A program made the translations under genes and the position numbers. The notes beneath the pieces were generated by a model. That model did not search any database. It was not told the origin of the DNA and saw nothing but the letters and a program-made list of their open reading frames with translations. A DNA stretch of 64,000 nucleotides from Marsupella aquatica (Eukaryota; Plantae; Marchantiophyta). Positions 12,739-25,893 of this stretch are shown one piece after another; positions within the stretch are counted from its first letter, which is position 1, and each line of letters starts with the position of its first letter. Location: the NCBI GenBank assembly GCA_973895155.1, contig OZ316891.1, positions 27,441,561-27,505,560 of the forward strand, read 5' to 3'.

Positions 12739-15232
12739 GGTGACGATGAGAACGACGACGGCCTCCGCCTCTCTCCTTCTGATACTCCTTCACGGATCAG
12801 TAGCACCTCCACCTGTGCGAGTCCCGTGCAGCCAATTCCTCCAAACGCAATCCGCTCGTTCCTGCACTTCCTCACTCCCGCGCGCCGCCGGTGGCTCCTT
12901 CAGAATCGCCTCAGCGATAACACGAACGAACTCCCTCCTCAATTTTCCTGCCCTTCTTCACTCCATGTCGCGGACGGCGGCTCCGTCCGAGTCTTCCCGG
13001 CGTTACAAGCAACCCGACCCGAAAAGTGGAACCCCCGCCGCATCAATTGAAGAGAAACATGAACGCCTTCGTCACCGTGGGGAAGACTGAGAGGATGCCA
13101 ACAAGAAGGTACGCCGAAGACCAGAGCAATCCTTCGAGGATTAGCACAGGCCAACCGCGCTGCCGCCGTGCCATCTAAAATCCGAGCTTCTCTCCGCAGC
13201 TTCCACTCCGCCTCCTCCGTCAACCATTTCTCCCGATGCGCATCTCGTTAGGAGGCTCATCACTCTTCGCTCAATAGTTCGTGCTCTTCTTTATGTTCTT
13301 CCTCCTCCGACCTCCTCCCTCCTCCGCGAGCTCGAGCTCGAGCTACCGCAGCAGTACAGAAGCTCGATTCCGATTCCATGGGGAGCTCTTCGCACGGGGC
13401 TGGAATTGGGCTACTGCTACATCACTACGACTGTAGTAGTCGTAGTCTCTCTCGTCGTTGAGTCGTTCGCCATTGAAGCATTCCAGAACTCCGATTGGAC
13501 CGATTCCGCGTGTCCAAGAGAGATTCGCAGACAGCGGAAGAAGTGGAGGACTACCCAATGGGAATCCTCCACCTTGCGGTTGGCTGACTCGTCTAGTCTC
13601 CTTATTGCTTGTTTCTGGATGACATTGATAAATTGTCTGTCATCTTGGGGAGGTTTTATCTAACTTTTGGAGGGATTGGGTTGTCCTTGGGGAGGTTTTA
13701 TCTGACTTTTGGAGGGGTTGAGACCCATTCTAGGAATGAGATGAAAGGAAAGGAAAGGAAAGGTACCTACACTCAATTTTGGATGACACAAATGGGTGGC
13801 TTTACAAGAAATTGGGGGCACTTTCAACTTTTTGGGGGTTTTCAAGATGTGATGAGGCCATCATGCATTGGGGAGAAAGTGAGAAAGTGCTGCTATTCAC
13901 TTTACAAAATGTTGGGGGCATTTTCAACCTAATCTATTGCCAATCCTACATGGAATGGAGTGGGGCCCAAATTTTGCTCATGTGGAGCACGTTTTTGTCC
14001 TAGATTTTAGACCCACCTATATTGGAGGTCTCTTCATTTGGGGGCTTGGTCCAATGGTATTTTGAGTAGTTTAAAAGAAGACCCACATGCCCCTCATGTT
14101 GCAGTTCACTTACAAGACATTGGGGTCATAAAATGATCCTAAACTCCAATAGCCCCAGTACACTATGTTTAGGATGTTAAATTGTTGATATATTAGCTTT
14201 GGTAAAAAAAACAATTCAACTGCCCCCAAGATCTTGTAAAGCCACCCTAAGTACCAATGCCAAAGTCAGTGACAGAACTTGAGCTGGCGCCGTCATCTAA
14301 ACATTGATGCATCTAATTTAAAAATATATATATTTCTTTGTCACTTTGAAGAATAATTTAATTTTTAATTCCTCTCAATAAGATAGGATAGTTTCTTTCA
14401 ACTTACTAAAGGACAAAATAACTAAGTGAATGCCAGGATGGCCAGTAATTAAAGTGCATCGAGTTTGAAACACATGAAAGATGAGTGCATGAAACCACCT
14501 GACTGGGTCCAAACAGTCCAGCAGATGTGGCCCTCAGGTGATTAGTTAAGTCCCCTCCATGTGCCTAGTGTGGGGCAGGTAAAGGGTCAGTTGGGAGTCT
14601 TTGGTGGAGAGCATTCTAGGCCATCATGTTGAGTTATGGGCCAGCACCTAGCTCTGGTCCTACCTTTGACTCTCCTGGTTCTGGTTGTGGTACTCAATAA
14701 CGTAGACCCCTGGGCATTGTTTGCCATGGAGAGACGTGCTTGATGGACCCCCTGCCACTACAGTAAAAGTTTGCCTGATCACAATATTCATTAAAACTGG
14801 AAATTTAAAAGTCCAGATTGTGATCCTCAAATTTACATTCTTGTCTCTAAAAAGTCCATTAATTTTGCTCCAAATAAACAATTTTTCAAGACTAAATATA
14901 CACTCTTTTTGGTTTAAAATTACACTTTTGCACTCCAAATTTGATTTTAATCAATTAATCATAATACAGAAATTATTAATATTAATTGTATTTGAAATTA
15001 AATAGATAAGTGACAAACATGTATCATTTGGTCAAAAACTCATGATTAAATTCAAAGTGAGATTAATCATCTCATTTATCATAATATATATTCAAGGTTG
15101 GCTAGCCATAATGTCGATCCTACTCCAATGGTCAAGCTAGTGTAAAGTCCAAAGTAGTTCTATGACCTGTGAAATAGAAAAATGATTGCATGACTCCAAT
15201 CTTGTGTCCTACAATGTACAGAAACATAATGA

Positions 15233-16312
15233 TTAATCATCTAAAATTTCAAATTCTATGCCTCCATGAATATGTCTACATGACTGATTTGAACAAGTGA
15301 GTCGCTCTCCATTTGGGTCATATAGTCTGTCACGAGTGCAAGTGTCTTTGGGATAACGGTTTTTAAACTTAGAGGTGAGATCCCTAGTCTTTAGAACTTC
15401 CCAGACAAATCGGCAAGGATTTTCTCTGAAGGGGCCTGCATAAGACTCGCCCAAACAGTTGTTGACCACATCTTTCATATCATCTTCGGTCAGGTTCTCA
15501 AATGTAGGGTAGGATTGTACCATATCCCTCACTTCCCAACATATCTCATCTCCAGTGACATCCAAGATGGTATACTCAATCTTGGAACGCCAAATCTTAC
15601 TTCCCCACTTATGGGAAAGTAAATCATAGATTGCAGCATTACTTTCACGGTCATCATTTATATTAACAAATGACCAAAGTGGATTGTTGACAGATATATT
15701 TTGTCGGATGTCATAAGCCTTCCACAATTTTCTAAGGAATGGCCAAAGTATCTCTAGTAAAAAAATGTCACTCTCGGCAATGTGTGAGAAGGGAGTTGGG
15801 AACAAACCACTATACTGTGGATTTGCAAAAGCCTTCACTGGAGAGTCATCAATAAGTAGAGTGTTTGTATCATCATACTTGTCTCCAAAACGACTCCACA
15901 CCACACGCAAATCCTTCAACATAATATTTGCTTTCCCATCTGCTACGTCCGGTCTTTTTATGCCAGTATCAAAAGCATCTTCTTGTGTGAAAACAAATTT
16001 AAATTGCCTTCGCTCCTCTTCTTTGAAAATCAAATTCATCATTTAATTAGTTCTTGGCCTCCCCGCACAAGTCCACAATGCGACATCAAAACCTTTGAAA
16101 GCCACCTCCAAAAATTGGTGCAACCCTGGCCTTTCCACGTACATGAAATTGAATCCACCCCGTCTCCCCCAATGCACACCCCGCACAGTTGTTGTAGATC
16201 TTAACGGTCCCGAGCTTTTTGTTTTGACGCAATCCCAACAAATTTTGTTCAGGTCCAAAATCAAGAGTTTTCTTCTTATATCAGAGTGCAATTTAGGAGT
16301 GAAATTTGCAAA
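15233..16312 (-). pseudogene. FCP1/NIF-type HAD phosphatase-like cargo gene, disrupted
   Basis: KLLILDLN..YVERPGLHQFL..FDVALWT..VFTQE..LKDLRVVW..NTLLIDDSPVKA..NP motifs. In-frame TAA at 16045-16043; the 5' end is cut by the CACTA insertion. Confidence 0.8.
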
Positions 16313-17121
16313 CACTGGTACATATTTTGGGTTTTTCCGATGCTCTTCTTTCGGTCGGCAACACTTTCCGATACAGAGAAGATCGGTACTCTCCGATTGT
16401 CCCCGCATCGGGGATTTACCATAAATTCTACATCGGACACATACTGTCCCATACTATTAGAATCGGAAATAGTTTCCCATGTAAAAACTATCGGAGAATT
16501 TCCCATTCTACCTGCATCGGACAATGAGACTGCCGCGACGCAAGAGGCGTCCGATAAATAAAATATCGCATGTTGGTTCCGATGAACTTAGGGATGAAAC
16601 ATTTCCGATATTTTTGGAATCGGAAATGTGTTCCGACTTGTGTCCGAACCCATTACAAACGGACGTCATTTCCGATGTGATAAAGATGGAAAAGTTTCCC
16701 GATACCTGTAGTATGGCATATGTGTTCCGTTTCTTTTAATATCGGAAATATCGGTTTTTAGTAGAGCCGGGGTTTTTTGAGGGTTTTATCATCTTCCTAG
16801 CTTCTAATTAAGGCATGTTGTGTTTCCGATAGGTTTTTGACTCCATTTCCATTTGAAGTATGTGGGAACTCAACTAGGGTCAACTTGAAATGAATTGGAA
16901 GCTTTCATTTCATATATATTAAAAGCACAAATATATAGCCACAGCTAGAGCCCAGAGATTTAAGTGGTATATATAAGTAAAGTAACATGCAACAAAAAAA
17001 TGGTAATGACAATGTAGATAACATATATATGCCGAAAAAATCAATACATGGAGGGAAGTGGTCATTAATTAGGTCTAGCTAGTGCTAGCTACCTAGCTTT
17101 TACCATGAAATTCCTAAGTAG

Positions 17122-20100
17122 CTAGTTGTTCTCATTTTCCAAATCTTCCACAACAACTACATTTGGCTGTTCTTGGACTATGGATCGGGATCGTGGAATG
17201 TAAGGCATTACAATGGACCACTCAGGATCATCTGGATAAGGGAGATAGAATGCCTGCTCAAGATTATGAGGAAATGCAAAAGGATCTGAGGCCCTCCAAT
17301 TTGAGCTGATGACAGCCCCTATCTTCAGTCATGTGAAGCCGCAAGCATCCTCTTCACATGTTTGATTGTGGCCAACAAGATTCATCCGAAACCATTTGCA
17401 CTTCAGCACCACCTCTTCCAATGTTGTATGCGCATGGTATTTTACAACAAGGATCTCCTCTATCTTTCCATAGTGAGCTATAGTAGAACGGATGGGATTT
17501 GTGTCAGATCTGCTACTTACAGAATCCTGGGTGAACCAACCCATCACCCCACAATCTTGTGTAGCTGCCCTCTTGTCATCAAGTCGTTCCACACGAAAGT
17601 GTCTCCCCTTGGACCACATGGCAGTCCTGGTTGTAACTGTAAGTAGAGGTCCATGAACCAAGGTGCGCAACTTATCAGTTACCATTGGGACGTGTGATAC
17701 ACTCTCCCCAACAACCACCAAGGCATCCACTTCTAACAACTTCCCCTTCATGTACATGTGGAATTTGGGAAATAAGCGTGGTCGTCGACTATTGTGCTTA
17801 TCCTCCTCATAAAATGTGGTCCACTCCCCAACAATCTCTGGAGAGTTATACAACATGAATGCAGTGAGTTTAGTGCGCTCACTACGGTCAAGAAGCCGTT
17901 CTCCCTTTGCACCTGTCAAACGGTCATCCTCATAGTCTGTTTCTCTTGATGCCTCATCTATCCACCCGCTTGGAGCATTTGAATCAAGTGTAGCAATAAT
18001 GTTTGTACAATAAAACATGCTCTCTGCTCCAAGATGACGCTCTGCAATGCTACCTTCCACCCTTGCGCGATTTGAAACATAGGACTTCATCACTCCCATG
18101 TACCGCTCTACCCAGTACATCCAACGACAATGTACAGGGCCTGCAATACCAACCTCACGCACTAGATGTAGTAGAAAATGAACCTGACCATCAAAAAATG
18201 AAGGAGGAAGGGCCCTTTCAAGTTTGCACACAACCTCCACTCCAAACACCTCCATTGCTGCAACCTCATCCTCGTTCACCTCCTTTTGACACACCCATCT
18301 CAACAACTTACCCAACGACCAAAGGGCATCACGAAGATCCTCACTACCCAATCCAATAATAGCAATTGGAATAACATGTTGCAATAAGCGATGATAATCA
18401 TGGGTCTTCAAGAAAGCTGGCCATTTTGGAGAGTCAAGTTCACCAAATGCCTTGCGAAGATTGGCACCATACCCTGTAGGAAATCGCATAGACCCTATGC
18501 GTTTGCGAAACTCGGTCCGCTCACCTCGTGTCAAAACCCAAGGAGGATGAATAGTAAGGGGGGCATTATCGGGATCCATAGATGGCCAAAAACCATGAGG
18601 GCCATGCATCCCCATCTCTTCACAACTCTCTCTCCAGTTGTTGTCTTTCTCTCCATATAGGTGGCGAATCAAGGACCTCCCAACATTTCCCTCAATGTGC
18701 ATAGGGTCAAATAAATGGTTAAGTGGCATCTCAGCCCAATAAGGCAGTTGTGACAATGCAGACAAACAAGTCATGCCACACCGGGCATATTGCAATGGGT
18801 CATCTGGATTAATACTCTCTCCCATACCTCTTTCCAATATGCAGGATCTTTTGGAATAGGTTGTGGTCGTCTGTCTGGTTGGCCATCCTCAGTGTCATAT
18901 AAAAAGGGGTCTCTCCTCCAATCATGGTCTGGAGGGAGGTACTTGGTGTGACCAATATACACTATCTTCCTCAAGGTCTTTGACTTTGGCCGCGCTATTC
19001 CTTCCAAATCAGGTCCACAAGTTGGGCAAGCTCGATATCCTGATGTGGTCAGACCAGAAATATATCCAAACCCTGCATATAAATATATATCCCATGCATA
19101 AGTAAATAAGTTTATTAAAAGATATATGTGCTTCTAGCTAACTCAATACATAACAAAGTATGCTAGGTACGGTTGCCTAGCTATGGGAAGGGATAATTTA
19201 ACAAAGATTCATACCTGGAAGATCATGTATGGTCCACATAAGAATGGCCTTCAACTTAAATTCTCGACGTAAGCCCCCCGTTTGCACTCGACCATCATAG
19301 CAATCCACACCACTCCAAAGCTTTTGTAGCTCCTCAATCAATGGTTGCAAGCACACATCAATTTTTTTCACTTGCTTAGGACCAGGGATAATCATGGAAA
19401 GGAGCAAATGACCCTTCTTCATGGACATCCATGGAGGGATGTTGTAATTAGTAAGGACCACTGGCCATAGTGAATATGGTTGGGCCTTACCTGCTAGTGC
19501 AAATGGGCTGATGCCATCCGCTGCCAATCCTAGGCGAACATGACGTGGGTCAGTTCGGAACTCACCCCATCTCTCCTCCACAAACTTGTTTGCAGGGGAG
19601 TCAACCATCATGCGCATGGTGGGTGGTTGTGAACTCATATCTGAGCGATTTTGGGAATGCCAAACCATATACTCAGCCAACTCAGCACATCTATATTGGT
19701 GGCGCAAACGAGGTATAAGAGGAAAGTACCTCATGACCTTCTGAGGAACTTTTCCCGTCAACATGTCCTCACGATACCTAGGCTTCTCACATGTAGGACA
19801 TGACGTTGCATCTTTATAAGTGCCTCTAAACAGAACGCAATCATTCACGCAAGCATGTATGACTTTGTACTGCAGACCTATGGACTTCAACACCTTCTTT
19901 GCCTCTTTCCAAGAGTCTGGCAAGTTGTTTCCTTCTGGCAAGATACAATCATGCAATGTCCGAAAGAGATCATCAAGAAGTAGGTTGCTTGCTCCATGTC
20001 TTTGCTGCAAGTTCAACAACAACATTATTGCTGAAAGACAAGACAAGCGTGATCCATCAAATATCCAAGTTTGCGCATGTTGGCGTGCTTCCTCCCACTG

Positions 20101-21801
20101 TTTGGAGGCTGAACTCCTTGAACCTTCTTGATGTGGAAGTGGGACCTCAATGTTCTCCCTATCAGCCATGTCATGATCACCATCCTCTATGTCATAGAAT
20201 TGGTGCATCAAGTCATCCATGGCCCTATCTTCATCAACTCTTGATTGGGAGGCATCTGGTTCCTGCTCTGGAACATCCGGATCGCCATCTGGTGGTAGAG
20301 AGGCATGTTGCCAATCTTCCATGGCCTGCACAAGGTGTTGGCGTATAGCTCGTGGTAACACCCCAACATCCGGCTCAACATATGCATTCTATCATACAAC
20401 GCACAAAACAGATATATACGTTTGAGTTAGCCCATGGGTTCCTAAAAAAACTACAATATTCTTATATTACTTCAAAAATGGGGAATACACATATGTGCTA
20501 AGTGTGGCCAGATCGAATGCCCATCGTGGGTGCGTTCCATTCATAGTCACAAAACAACTCATCACCCGCCCTAATGGTCCGTATGGCTACTGTCATAACA
20601 TGATCATCCATATGTGTGACATAGTAAGGCGGAGTGGGTGGGCCAAAAATCTGAGCCCACTCTACATTAGGCTGGAGTCCACTCCCTCTACCATGTGTAC
20701 TATTGATGTACCCAGCTATGTTATCTGAACGGACAGGGTCCCCATCAATCATCCTACAATGCCAAGGCCTCCTTAGGACCTCATCTGGGTCTGAGTCCAT
20801 CTGCAATGCATATACCCCCCAAGCTGGATGTTGGCGCAAGAGGATGTTCCAACTCTTGGATGTATACACAGGCCCAATGTAAGGGAAAAGGTGTTCCCCA
20901 TCATAGCCACGACGCCAAGGCTTTGGAGGGACCTCAATGTCCTCCAAAGCAAATAAGCCTAACCCAACCTCCCTGCCAAGGGTCGATGCCTTCACTATCC
21001 ATTGCCGACCCCATATATGTACAGGGATGTCAATGGCTAGGCCACGAGGAATCGCAAAACTCTCAGGGTCAAAATCCTTGAAGACACTGATTGCCTTTCC
21101 CGTCACATATGACAAGCCCAACCTCCCTTCAACTTCTATGTACTCCTCCCCTGGTGGAGGCATAACACTCGTTCTAAAGTGCTCATGGGATGGGTCTGTG
21201 TCTAGAACTACATGCTGTTGTCGACGTCTATGAGAACGTGGTCTTGTGCGTAGAACCCTAGTAGGGGGCGGTGCATCATCCCTACCATGCCCCAACTCTA
21301 CCACTATGGGTTCATGAACAACATCTGCCTGAACATGTGCGGGGGTACATGATTGCTCGGGGTCTTCAACTGATGATGCAAGCAACTGTCTAGCACCAGC
21401 TAGGAATGCATCATGCCATAGTTGACTAGAGACCAATGGAGGACGGGCCCTACAACGCACCTATTCAATCATAAACAAACAAAAATTAATACTTGTCTCC
21501 TAAAAGGTCTCAAACCAGCCAACTATTATGATAGTGTATCATATATAGCGGAGTTCATGTCAAGCAATACCTGGCGAGCTGAATATCCCGGTAAATCACC
21601 CTCATGTCGACCATAGTTTTCAATGTGTTCAATGGACTGCCACGCTTGACGAACCACCAGTCCTTTACATCTAAGACACCAGCATGGAATAGGGCCTAAT
21701 GGAGGGGGTGCTCGAGGCTGTTGAGGGGGAGGAGGAATGTCCCCCTCAGAGGAAGACAAGTCAGAGTCGGAATCTGTATCCAAACTCTCAGAAGTCGACA
21801 T
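17122..21801 (-). pseudogene. CACTA TnpD transposase (Transpos_assoc, Transposase_21, DUF4218, DUF4216)
   Basis: Exons 21801-21571 (CWCLRC..HIENYG), 20388-19215 (HACVNDC..RLGLAADGISPF..SLWPVVLTNYNIPPW..IPGPKQ..DVCLQPLIEEL) and 19072-17122 (ACPTCG..DPMHIEGNV..LKTHDYH..GPVHCRWMYWVERYM..YGKIEEIL..KCKWF..DPFAFP). Frameshift near 18815 and an in-frame TGA at 17331-17329. Confidence 0.9.
20498..21801 (-). CDS. SET-domain protein (putative lysine methyltransferase) encoded within the TnpD intron
   Basis: Open exon 21460-20498 with SET motifs VKASTL..GLGLFALEDI, FPYIG, YALQM, IDGDP..DNIAGYINS, PNVEW, VMTVAIRTIRAGDELFCDY. The AG acceptor at 21462-21461 is in phase with the donor of exon 21801-21571. 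Confidence 0.8.
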
Positions 21802-24800
21802 TGTCTGCCAATTACACATAAACAAGTCTTTACCAAAATGCAAGATTGATTCATCACCCTAACTTGAGGTAAACCCAAACAGGAAATATATAGTATGTTA
21901 ATAATTTGCAGTGTTGGACTTAATTAGTACCTGAATGATATCCGCGCTCTACAGTGCCTACTAGGCTCTAAGCCTTAGACTATATGCTAAGGCCAATCCA
22001 AAAAAACCTGCACATACAGGCTAGGTGGGGAAGTTGAAAGATGAGATGACATACATGCAAACCTAAGTAACAAACCAATAATTAATGAAATTAATAAAAA
22101 TCAATGACGAGTTGGATGTCCAATTATAAACTCCCACAAGTAACGCATATATCATGTCAAATATTTCCAATACATTTTGGAGGATCATATATGTCATACC
22201 TTTTGGATGCGCGTACTCTCGCTGTGCATAATGCATTGGCAAAAATAAACCCTACTAAGAAAACCAAGGAAAAGCAACGACCCGACCCTCCAAAAACAAA
22301 AAATACAAAATTGCACAAAACGGCACTAGAGTGTTAATTTAATTTGTGACTTCTTATAGTCCCCAAAAGTTGCACCATGCATATAGCATTGCCTCATGGT
22401 CAAAATGGGAATCATTTAAAATCAAACTGAAAATAGATCTGGGTACATACATTCAATGATCATCCATACCCACCAAAAAATAGTGTGCTAGCTTTGTCAC
22501 GGCAACTGTACGTTGATATGCCCGTTTTGCGCCGCACACCTAATAAGCCCACAATATAGCATAATTAACCCCCAACTAACATAAAGGGGGTCATTATAGT
22601 ATACATGGGATCCAAATGCCAAAGTCCAAATGCCAAGGTCATGCGATTCACAAACCATCAGAAAATACATTGGGAGGGTTAAGTCCGATACTTTGGAGGA
22701 GGGGTCCGATACTAAGTCCGATTGACCTAGAATCGGAGTTTCCGATGCAGAAAGTATCGGACGTTATGCATTTTGGGTTTTTAGGTCACCCGACTAAAGT
22801 GCGAAGGCACTCTAGTCGGGAAAAGCATCGGGAGCATTTCACGATACCTTTGCGGAGCTCGTAGCGATGGAAGGGAATGCGGGAGGGATGGGAGATGGTG
22901 CCGGGCCATCAAGCAGCTATGGTGAAGTCATGGCTCAATTGTTTAGGGAGAAGGTGGGGCTCTCACCAGAGGTTGCATTGCAGGTAGCCCAGCTCACTCA
23001 AGGACTGATCGACAGCTCCCAGAAGGTAGCCATCACTGATGCAGAAAAAGCTTTCCAAGCCAGACTCGAGGAGGAGAGATTGCAGAGGAAGAGGAAACGT
23101 AACACTAGGGAGGACGAGAGAGAGAGGCCAGTGGAAGCCCTATCACCAAGACAAAAGGAGAAGAGCCTAAGGAGGGAGGCTCGGGCTGCAGAACGACAGA
23201 GAATTCAGGAGGAACGAAAGAAGGCAGAGGATAGGTCCAAGAGGCCAAAATTGTTTCTGAATGAGGGAGGTGCTCCACTCTCCAGGAGTTATCGTTTGTT
23301 TGGGAGTCAAGTTAGGCAGATTGTGAGGTCTCATTTTGGCCCGATGGACTACTGGGGGAAGAAGAAGCAGGATGAGAGATTTCGAATTCGAGAGCAAATC
23401 AAAGAGAGATTTTCGAATGGGTCGTTTGTGGACGATCGATTCTTAAACAAAAAGATCTCAGTCTCACTTGCAGACATGCGAAATCATGTACGAGAGAAGA
23501 TGCGAAAGTACCTGGCTGAATGCAAACTGGATGAGGAGGTGATCAGGAAAGGGGGAAGCCCAGCTGGTGAGATTCCTGAGAATGCTTGGTGTGCCTGGCT
23601 TGAAGAAGAGTTGCAGGTTCGAGCTTGGCAAGCCACACAACGCTGGGAAGCTGAAATTCAAGCAGCTCAGAAGAAGATTGAACAAGGAGAGATGGTGAAT
23701 ACTGCACCCATGCATCAAGAACTTGAAGAATGGTCAGCAAAATCAGCCCTGCTTGGAGACCCACCATCCTGGCTAATGAAAGCTCTGCTGAGAGTAACAA
23801 AGAGGCCAAAGGTTACTCACAGAATGGGGCAAGGCGGATCACAGCGTCTCAAGGCCGATTTTGTAAGTGCTCCATTCCCCTCCTCTCCATGCATTCCTTC
23901 AGCAGCATTCCTCCTCCCTAATCACCTGAGGCCAATTGACGAATGCCTAACCCTTCCAAACCCGGGACAGGTCTTTGTATGCCCGTAGGTCGCTCGATCA
24001 TGCCTTAGTTTTTTTTGCTTTCGGCATATAAGGTCCGATTCTAGTCCGATCCTCTAAGTATCGGATGCAGCATCGGACAATAAAAAAGAATCGGAACTGT
24101 CGAGGGTGCCGATTCTATTAGTATCGGACATATTCAAATTTTTGAATAGTTTATGCATGAACGGCTAAGTGTTCTTATGGGTCTTTGACGGTGAAGGGTT
24201 TATATAGGTGTTTAATTAGGCCAGGGTAGGGTTGCTATAATTGACCTTAGTATTGGGGGTGGCATATGGTTTGGGTGTGTAGGAGAAAGAGCACGGACGA
24301 CCATTATTGCCGGCAGAGAGAGAGCTGGCAAAGGAGCATGGTGCTCGGGCGCTAAAGATTCACATGGACGACATGTTGGCCTCGGTAAGTGCGGATATTA
24401 GAATGATTTGAAAGATGGCTTCATGCTGGTATGTATGTTGCGGAATGACATATGGATTGGAGATTGTTACTATGTGCAGGATGAGTCAGGGGGTGAGGAG
24501 GACTTGGAGAGTGAGGAGGATGGTGAGGGGGAGGAGGATGAGGAGGATGCGGAGGATGATAGTGCTTCAGAGGGGAGTGTGGCCGAGGCTCCAGTACGAG
24601 GTTCTACTGGTGCACGTGGCCGGTCAGGACCCCGAGAGAGTGGACGTCACCAGTCTGGTCGGGGTGTAGGTGGCTCCACTCGTCGGATGGAGCATAGAGC
24701 AGGTGATATGCCTCCTTCTCGTCAGAGATTAGCCGGTAGGAGTGGACGGAGTGAGTCCCGGGTTCCAGCCACAGTAGGTCACAACCGAGGGGTTCATAGT

Positions 24801-24908
24801 GAGTCTGGAGTTCTAGCCACAGCAGGTGGTCGAGTGAGGACTGGCCCTGGTGTTGTACCAGGTGGGTCTCGACAACGGACTGGTGTTCATACTGGTCATG
24901 TCGTTGGC

Positions 24909-25540
24909 CAGTCAGGAGGTTCCGGCCGTAGTGGTGGAGGTGAGTCTCGCCCTGAGGGGGGTAGTGGTGGAGTTGTTGCACCTCGTCAGTTTAGGGCTGG
25001 CCCTGGTAGTGTACCAGCTGGTTCACGACAGTTCGGGGGAGGCCTTGGTGGTCATGTGCCCACACCATCTCCTGTTCATAGTGGTGGTGTAGGCATCCAG
25101 TCTGGAGGTTCCGGCCGTAGTGGTGGAGGTGAGTCTCGTCCTGAGGGGGGTAGTGGTGGAGTTGCTGCACCTCGTCAGTTTAGGGCTGGCCCTGGTAGTG
25201 TACCAGCTGGTTCGCGACAGTCCGGGGGAGGCCTTGGTGGTCATGTGCCGACACCATCTCCTGTTCATAGTGGTGGTGTAGGCATCCAGTCTGGAGGTTC
25301 CGGCCATAGTGGTGGAGGTGAGTCTCGCCCTGAGGGGGGTAGTGGTGGAGTTGCTGCACCTCATCAGTTTAGGGCTAGCCCTGGTAGTGTACCAGCTGGT
25401 TTGCGACAGTCCGGGGGGTGCCTTGGTGGTCATGTGCCCACACCATATCCTATTCATAGTGGTGGTGTAGGCACCCAGTCGGGAGGTTCCCGTCATAGTG
25501 GTGGAGGTGAGACTCGGCCTGAGGGGGGTAGTGGTGGTGG
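24909..25540 (+). repeat. 189-bp (63-aa) coding tandem repeat, ~3.3 copies
   Basis: QSGGSGRSGGGESRPEGGSGGVAAPRQFRAGPGSVPAGSRQSGGGLGGHVPTPSPVHSGGVG repeats with starts near 24909, 25098, 25287 and 25476. Confidence 0.9.
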
Positions 25541-25596
25541 TGCTGGAGGGGCTTCTTTCCACACTTGTGTCGGGGAAGGAGTGCCTTCCCATGGTT

Positions 25597-25893
25597 CTCG
25601 GGGGTTTCACTTCCACAAAAATGGCATATCATGTGCGACGAAGGATAGGGTCATTTTATTGGTTCTAAGGGAAGACTTAAGAATTTTTGTAGAAGAACAA
25701 TAGGGTCTTTTAAATTCAATTTTGAGACTTATAAGAACATTAGGGTCTTTTTAATCCAATTTTTAGAATATTCCAAGAATATTCCAACTTTATAGGGGTT
25801 AAAAAATAACATTTTTTTCTTACATTTTAGGGGGTCTGAGGCCTAAAAACGTCGCAGGCGATGGGGAGGTCCCCATATAGTGAGACCCCCGAG
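25597..25893. mobile_element. 297-bp MITE with 8-bp TSD (hAT-like TSD length)
   Basis: 14-bp TIRs CTCGGGGGT[T/C]TCAC; TSD CCATGGTT at 25589-25596 and 25894-25901. A homologous copy lies at ~54891-55160. Confidence 0.9.

Noticed and set aside
12667-13558. Several GC-rich ORFs
   Set aside because: They overlap the GPN3 first exon, 5' UTR and promoter; no recognisable protein.
25861-25880. Helitron 3' hairpin (atgggg-aggt-ccccat)
   Set aside because: It lies within an element with clear TIRs and an 8-bp TSD, and has no CTRR terminus.
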